Part shown: positions 25,693 through 32,305 of the stretch, in pieces
Position numbering within the stretch: the stretch's first letter is position 1
Layout of the letters: every line of letters begins with the position of its first letter
Source of the DNA: Pseudogymnoascus verrucosus
Lineage: Eukaryota
Length of the DNA stretch: 32,305 bases
Assembly (NCBI GenBank): GCA_001662655.1
Contig: KV460241.1
Direction: 5' to 3' (one strand)
The notes under the pieces: model-generated
Seen by the model: only the letters and a program-made list of their open reading frames with translations
What the model was told of the DNA's origin: nothing
Databases searched by the model: none
Translations under genes and position numbers: made by a program

Positions 25693-27531
25693 ACGTATTT
25701 TATAAGCAAGTTAGCTACCTAAACTAGTTAGCTACTAAAACACTAAATTTAACTATTACTACCTACTTCTATACTACTACCCTATATAATGACCCTTATT
25801 TAATTATAATTAAATCCTTATGCCTCTTATATATATAGGAGTTATAGCCTATAATACTATATAAGCTATAGTTCTTCTATTAGCCCTTAGAGCCTACCTA
25901 CTAACTACTCTTACTTACTACCTCTATATAGACTTAAGCTTTAACTTTAGCACTTTAAACAATATCCTCTCCCTCTTATATAGAGAGACTACTCCCTTAC
26001 ATTATATACCTCTTACGCTTCCTTTCCCTCCTCTTTTTCTATTTATTTGCTACTTATAGAGCCTTAACTTCTACCTTAAGTAGAATAGTAGAATGTATTA
26101 TAACTTATACCCCCTTAATAAGGTAGCTAATAGCATTATTAATTAAGGTAGGAGAGCTATTCTAATGTTATATAACATAGTTCTTAATATGCTCTATTTA
26201 AAAATTAAGCTCCCTTATAGTTTAAGGAGTCTTTAAAGTCTAATTATTACTCTTAACTATAGAAGGGGTTAAAGTCCTTAAGTGTAGATTTAAGTAAGAG
26301 AGGACACTCTATAGCTTCTATAGAACTAGCCCTATTACTTAGAATCTACTCTTAATGTTCTACTCTATAAATGTAGCTTTAAATGCTTCTTTAAATGTAG
26401 AGAGAAACTTAAGTTTTATAATATAGTTTAGCCTATTCTATATAAAGGTTTTAATCTAACGTCTATATAAAAGCTTTAATAGAGTAAAGTAACTTACGTT
26501 AAGTAGCTAAAGAATGTATAAGGAGTATAGTAGTATATAGAGGGTAATTATCTCCTATTCTATATAGTAGTGCTAAAATTAAGCTAAGAGGTAGCTCTTA
26601 TATCTATTAAGAATAAGAAGGTAATAGGTTCTAATTAAACGACTGTTTATATGTTAATTAAAGTGTTAAATCTACTTATACCTAATTAAATTTAAAGTCT
26701 ACCTATTCTTACTTAGCATAATCACCTAATTGTCTAATAATCCTAAGTCCTTATACTAAGTAGAGAGGTGATTCTATGCCTTAAAAATAATAAACAGTAG
26801 GAGTGCCTATCTATATAAATTAACACCTTAGATAATTAACACCTATTCCCTATTTCTTAGCTATATAGTCTTTAGACAACTCTTTACTTCTAAGCTTATA
26901 ACTACCTTTATAGTAGCAATAACTCCTATTATAAAACCTACTTTATTAAAGTTATAGATATCCTACTCTAAGATGCTATACTTTATAACTATGTTTTGTA
27001 TAAGAGAGAACTACTCTTAAATTATCTTAAGATCTTTACATTTTGCTCGTTTATAATTATACTTCTAGCTAAACTTTACTTTGATTTCTATACAACGCTT
27101 TATAAAGTTAGTAGTCTAATTCTTCTTAATAGGGCTCTTGCCTTGTTTAGAGAGTAGAAGATCTACCATTTCTTATACACCCTATAGCTAGGGTAGAAAT
27201 CTATGTAAATCTAGGTTAAGGATATACTAAATAAGAGCTAACTCTTTATATAGAGTTAACTTCTATATGTTAGGGGTAGAGTTGCGTTAAGAGGTCATTC
27301 TATTTATTCTATTAGTAAGGGTGCTATGTAACACGTTATATAATAATGTAGTAGCTTAGACACTCTTAAATTAATGTTCCTTTAGTGCTTAAATAGCTAA
27401 TAGTATTCTACCCTCTTAATTAGAGGATTAGGCTTATGTTAGTTGTAGCATATTAACTTTTGTTAAGTTAACGCGTTTTAGTGTTTTAGTAGCTAACTCG
27501 TTTAGGTAGCTAACTCACTTATGAAATACGT
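25693..27531 (-). mobile_element. Full-length Fot1/pogo-type (Tc1/mariner) DNA transposon inactivated by RIP
   Basis: 1839 bp with ~55 bp TIRs beginning ACGTATTT and TA on both flanks. The transposase motifs are recognisable through C>T/G>A changes: IYNFNKVGF for NFDE.GF at ~26960-26935, and LLILNRYKSY for LLILDGHESH at ~26620-26591. TpA is in strong excess and stops are frequent. Confidence 0.92.
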
Positions 27532-29001
27532 TATAGGTAATAGAGTATATTAATGTATTATTATTTCTCTTTTAATGAAGTTATTTAGAATGTTTATTAT
27601 TATTTATATGTACTTCTATGTTAGTAATAGCATAGTAATTATTACAATTTATTGACCATTTGTACTTTTACATATAATTTACTATGTAAAGATACCTGCA
27701 AATTTAGCCCTGGTTGCGCGCACTTGCTTCTAGTGCGCGCACTTGCTTCCACCCACGGTTATATTCAGACATAGATATACAGGGTACTGTTTCGCTATCC
27801 GTGTCCTACTCCCAGCCATATTGTTGGGTTGGAGGCCGGGCATGATACCAGCATTAGGCTAGTAGTGTTTAACTTCTAAACTTGATCTACTTCAGCTCGC
27901 AAGCATTGGGCAGCTTGTTGGCGTTTCACTTGTTGTACGCATGCATTTGGGATTGGGCATGATTTGACACTCGCCTAAGTTGACACGGGGAGCTTCGGGC
28001 TTCCCGCGTCGCGGGGGAATAAGCTCTCTAGAGCGCATCCTACTCTACTGAGTCGGGATCCCGATGGAATGGGATGCGTTCTAAAACGGTACTTTATTGA
28101 GTATGAAGAAACATTATGAAACAACCACGGTCTTCATCGCTGGGGATTGATGATGGGAGGCTGACGTGTGGTAGAGTCCTTGCTCATTTCGCTTCCTGGT
28201 TGTTGGGGCCAAGTCTTTGTAGGGAGAAAGCTGGGATTCCAGTAATCTACACCCAAAACGTGTGTTATTCTCACGGCTCCCAAAAGTGCAAGCGGCGCCG
28301 ACTGGTATCACAACGGTCAAAACAGAAAAATAGTATATAGATCAATTAAATTAATTAACTATCTAATGGTTCTACTTGGCTACTTATGGGATTTCTGGGG
28401 CACGGCCAAGACCCTGAGTTCTGACAGCTTTTCTCATCAACTGAGCCAATGTCTCACACGGCGCGCCCGCAGGGACACCCAAGCACGGGCGTATTTCCCG
28501 GAATCCCCGACAAATCCCCAAATCCCAACTGTGTTTGCAAGGGCTCGTATGCAGTATGCACTGTTCTGGCTGTTATTTACGCGCTGTGCGACCCCGTCCC
28601 TTTATTAGTCGTCTGATATTCTGTACAAGGCTGCAGGTAATGCTGTGAGAAGGGACGGCGATGTCGCTGAATCCAGAACTTGCTCCTCTAGCGTGACTTC
28701 GGGGGGATCTTTCATGTGCCCCTGATGTACGCGCAGGGTATGGAATGTTTGAAGTTGTAATCCAAGGATAAGGTCTGGAATGGTATAAGACGATGCCAGC
28801 GTGTCTATTTCTATTGTCCTTTTTCTATCAAGACGCCTCGTCAAGACGATTTAGCTCATACCTCTATTATTTTCTCAAAAACTCTCTGTTCCTATACGAC
28901 TAGTGAATCAAGACTCGACTTCCTTCAGACGGCATTTTGCACCTATCAGTTTTCCATTTTTGGTCCTATAATCTGAAACATTGGATAATCATTATATCGC
29001 C

Positions 29002-31577
29002 ATGGGAGATTCCAGCCGTTCGAATACAATGTACTTTGACGCGATTCCCCAGATGGAACCAATCGATGGAATGCATTCCCAGCTCTCGGACCAAGATCTC
29101 TTGCCAAAAATCGACAGGCTTCGAGAATTAGGAGTCCATGCCGAGCTCTCCGACAAAGATCTCTTGCAAAAAATTGACAAGCTTCGAGAATTAGGAGTTC
29201 ATGAGTTTGTATCACTTCCTCAGCTTGTTGTGGTTGGCGACCAATCGAGCGGCAAGAGCTCTGTGCTAGAAGCAGTGATGGAATTGCCGCTTCCTCGAAG
29301 TGGCACACTTTGCACTAGGTTTGCTACTAATATTACCTTTCAAAGTGCCTCAAAACCAAGAATTACCGTTTCAATCATCCCTGGTCCGTCAAGGTCCGAT
29401 GAGGAAAAGGAGCAATTGCAGGATTTTAAGAGAGAGTTGACTGTCCTTGATGGCGGTAACTTCTTATCAATTTTGAACGAAGTTAGTGTCTAGAACTCCT
29501 GCATACAGATATATTCATAACGTTTTCTAGGCCTGTGACGCTATGGGTGTTCCTAAACCAGAAGAGCTGTTTGATGTCGATGGTAGTAAGAGCAAGCCTA
29601 CTTTCAGTGAAGACGTCTTCAAGGTAGAGCTTTGCGGTCCAGGCCGTGACAACCTGAGCATTATCGATATTCCAGGGATCTTCAGAACTGAGACGAAAGG
29701 GACTACTACGTCCAAAGACATGGCAATGGTGAAGGAAATGGTCAACTATTGGATCAAGGATGAGAGAACAATTATCCTAGCAGTCATTGGTATAAATAAT
29801 GACGTCGCTACCCAGGAAATACTTTCAGTAAGCAAGGCGAAGGTGTTATGTCTTTGAAATTCAACTATGCTAACACTATATTAGATAGCTAAAAAAGCGG
29901 ATCCTAAAGGTCTTCGGACATTAGGCATGTAAGTAATGGTTTACTAAAATCATGGAACATCTTTAACAATATTTACTAGCTTAACAAAGCCTGATATAGT
30001 CGGTGATGGCGAAGAAGGGAGAGTGTTTGATCTCATAAATGGGAAGCAGCACAAGCTTACACATGGATACCATGTGCTTCGGAATCTTTCACAGAAAGAC
30101 TTGGATGCTCAGAAAGGCTTGAATGGGCGGAACGACTCCCTCTCTCGTAGAACTAAGGAGCAAGAATTCTTCAACAAGAAGCTTTGGTCAGCACTTCCAA
30201 AGAGTCGGGTTGGAGTTGACGAACTGAAAAAACGACTAACAGTTCTGTTGACCGACATGGTCAAAAAAGAGTTCCCTAAGATCAAAAGTCAACTTGCGCA
30301 AGACCTGATCCTGGCAAAGAAACAGCTAGCCATGATTGGCACAGAGCGAGCGACACCTCAGCAACAGAGAGTTTACCTTGAGGAAATTGCAGCGAAGTTT
30401 AAAGATCTATCCAAGCTCGCACTGGACGCCGATTATCGAGATGAAATCTTTCAAAACGACAAATGTCTCCGATTGCCAACGCTAATAGTGAATCGATACG
30501 ATCTATTTGAGAAAGAGATTAGAACGAAGGGGCACACTTACAAGTTCGACAACGACGAGGGCAATGGCAGTGGCAATGATGAGGATGAGGATGCGGATGA
30601 AGCAATAAGTATCGCCTCTGAAAATGAAAGTGCGACAGACGAAAATGAAAGTGGCAAGGGATATGAAGTTGAACGTTTGAACTCCTTACAACAATTATTT
30701 AGAGAAACTACTAATATCAAATATAGCAACACCGAAACCCATAGGTCGGGTTTTCCCTGAACTTGACAATGTTCTTAGCCAAAGCTTCAACATATTAGAC
30801 GCAGACAAAACCAACATTCTCGACTGGATTAGACGTCAGTACCTGGAATCGAGAGGTTACGGCCTACCAGCGATAGATCTCAGAATCCTGCCTGTGCTTT
30901 GGCAAAAACAATCGAGCAATTGGGGTGGTATCACGTTATCCTTCATAAACGATATCATTGTGTACGTACACGATTTTATCTGTCGTCTCTTAAGCATTGT
31001 CTGCCCAGAGAGCAAGGTGCGAAACGCGCTACTCTCATTTTTTATGGACGACCTCGTTGCAAAGTACAGCTCCGCCATTAAACACGTCGAGTACATCCTC
31101 AAGGTCGAGCACCGCGGCACTCTCCTCACCAAGAACGAGAGCTACAGCACCGCGCTGAACGAGATGCGATATGCCCGCCTAGTCAAAGCCACCAACAATT
31201 CAGCAATTCCGACTACAAAATCGAAAGGAGGGGATTATATACCCGTTAAAGCCATCGAGGTCTCCGCCGCTGCCCTCGCAATGTCAAACAGCAACGAAGA
31301 GAATGTAGTTCAGGATCACCACGACGTCCTGCACGCATACTACAAGGTTGCAATGAGGCGGTTCGTGGACACTGTGATTGCGCAAGGTATGGACGATTAT
31401 CTCCTTACGGGAGAGAATAGCCCGATTAAGGTCATCAAGCTATCGTTCACCTCAAAGATGAATGATGACCAGATAAATGATATTGCGGGCGAGGATGCGT
31501 TTACGAAGGGGGAGCGACTGGCGTTAGAGCAGAAGATTAAGGCGCTAGAGGAGGGTAAGGAGGAGTTGAATTCCTAA
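29002..31577 (+). CDS. Mx-like dynamin-family GTPase; exons 29002-29481, 29531-29827, 29885-29928, 29980-30674, 30727-31577; ~788 aa
   Basis: G1 LPQLVVVGDQSSGKSS, CTRF, G3 DIPG and G4 TKPD, then the middle-domain WIRRQYLESRG and GED-like LHAYYKVAMRRFVD. Four GT-AG introns join the separate ORFs in frame. Confidence 0.9.
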
Positions 31578-31663
31578 GGATATGTCTTGAATTGTTAAGT
31601 AACTTGGTCTTTTTATTATTATTAATTCTGTTAAATATACACTATTTAATGGCTATTATGCTA

Positions 31664-31898
31664 TATTACACACCCCTTAAGGGAAGGGAACAACTAATAA
31701 TCTAAACAGTCTTTATAGTAAGAACTATTAGGACTTACTAGGGGACTAGATAAGTAATGTTAGGCCTAGTATAATTATTATAAATGAAGTAAAGATTCTA
31801 TTATATAGTTAGGATAAGGTATATAAGAAGTACTATCTATAGGTTTAAAACTAGTAGAAAGGTTACTAGAGGGCCTAGTAAGTATAGTACTATATAAT
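31664..31898. mobile_element. RIP-mutated repeat remnant, possibly an older LTR interrupted by the next element
   Basis: Very TpA/TAG-rich. It begins TATTACA, consistent with a RIP-mutated TGTTACA. Confidence 0.4.
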
Positions 31899-32305
31899 TG
31901 TAACGCTGGGTCTTAAACTATAAGACTCACAGAGGTTTCGTTGCGTTGGTTTACTTAACAGAGGAGGCAGGGGATCAGACACAAAGGCTTTCGTAAAACA
32001 CGTTACAGTATATAACAGAATACTATATTGAGTTGAGCACGAAGCTCCTATCTAAGAACTATCTATCTACTTATATAGTGGCGTCGTGCTAAAGGGAATA
32101 GTTGGAATAGCAGACTCTCTAACTATTCTCACTATTCCTACTAATCCAATCACGTGTGCGTCCTGTAAGAGGTGCCACACTTATTGCAGGTACCGATTCC
32201 CATAGGTGCCCTTCTAAGGAGGCACCTTGCTCTACACAGGTGCCTTTCCTAACAGGCACCTTTCTTTTGTCGGGTACCTTCTAAGAAAGGTACCTTTTCC
32301 CAAAG
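31899..32305 (-). mobile_element. LTR of a retrotransposon, with its 3' end at 31899 and running beyond the window
   Basis: The sequence changes sharply at TGTAACG (minus strand ...CGTTACA). A minus-strand TATATAAG lies at ~32077-32070, with a U3-like short-repeat array further upstream. Confidence 0.6.

Noticed and set aside
30675..30893. Apparent frameshift splitting the dynamin into two ORFs
   Set aside because: It is resolved by a 52 nt GT-AG intron (30675-30726) with a CTAAT branch site, so the gene appears intact.
32170..32295. CRISPR-like repeat-spacer appearance
   Set aside because: The context is eukaryotic, the repeats are only 6-7 bp, and there are no cas genes.

Overview
Filamentous-ascomycete genomic DNA with spliceosomal introns and RIP-type mutation, in two compartments. 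The left part (1-~14830) is GC-rich core genome: SHM2 (3' part), NOP56, VPS4, prefoldin subunit 6, a ~6 kb microsatellite-rich intergenic tract and a folliculin/LST7 gene. At 14831-14907 lies the 3' two-thirds of a 5S rRNA gene (minus strand) that breaks off abruptly. Everything beyond that break is AT-richer accessory DNA. It holds an LTR-like remnant, an intact three-gene cluster (P450, class I sesquiterpene cyclase, glycosyltransferase) resembling the brasilane-glycoside bra cluster, a 2EXR gene, an internally deleted copia remnant, a FunK1-kinase remnant, a RIP-mutated Fot1/pogo transposon, an intact Mx-like dynamin with an N-terminal tandem duplication, and LTR remnants. My best hypothesis is that 14908 is one end of a large cargo-carrying element (Starship-like) inserted into 5S rDNA. 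Neither a captain recombinase gene nor the other 5S half was seen in this window. All gene models were derived by eye and no database searches were run.
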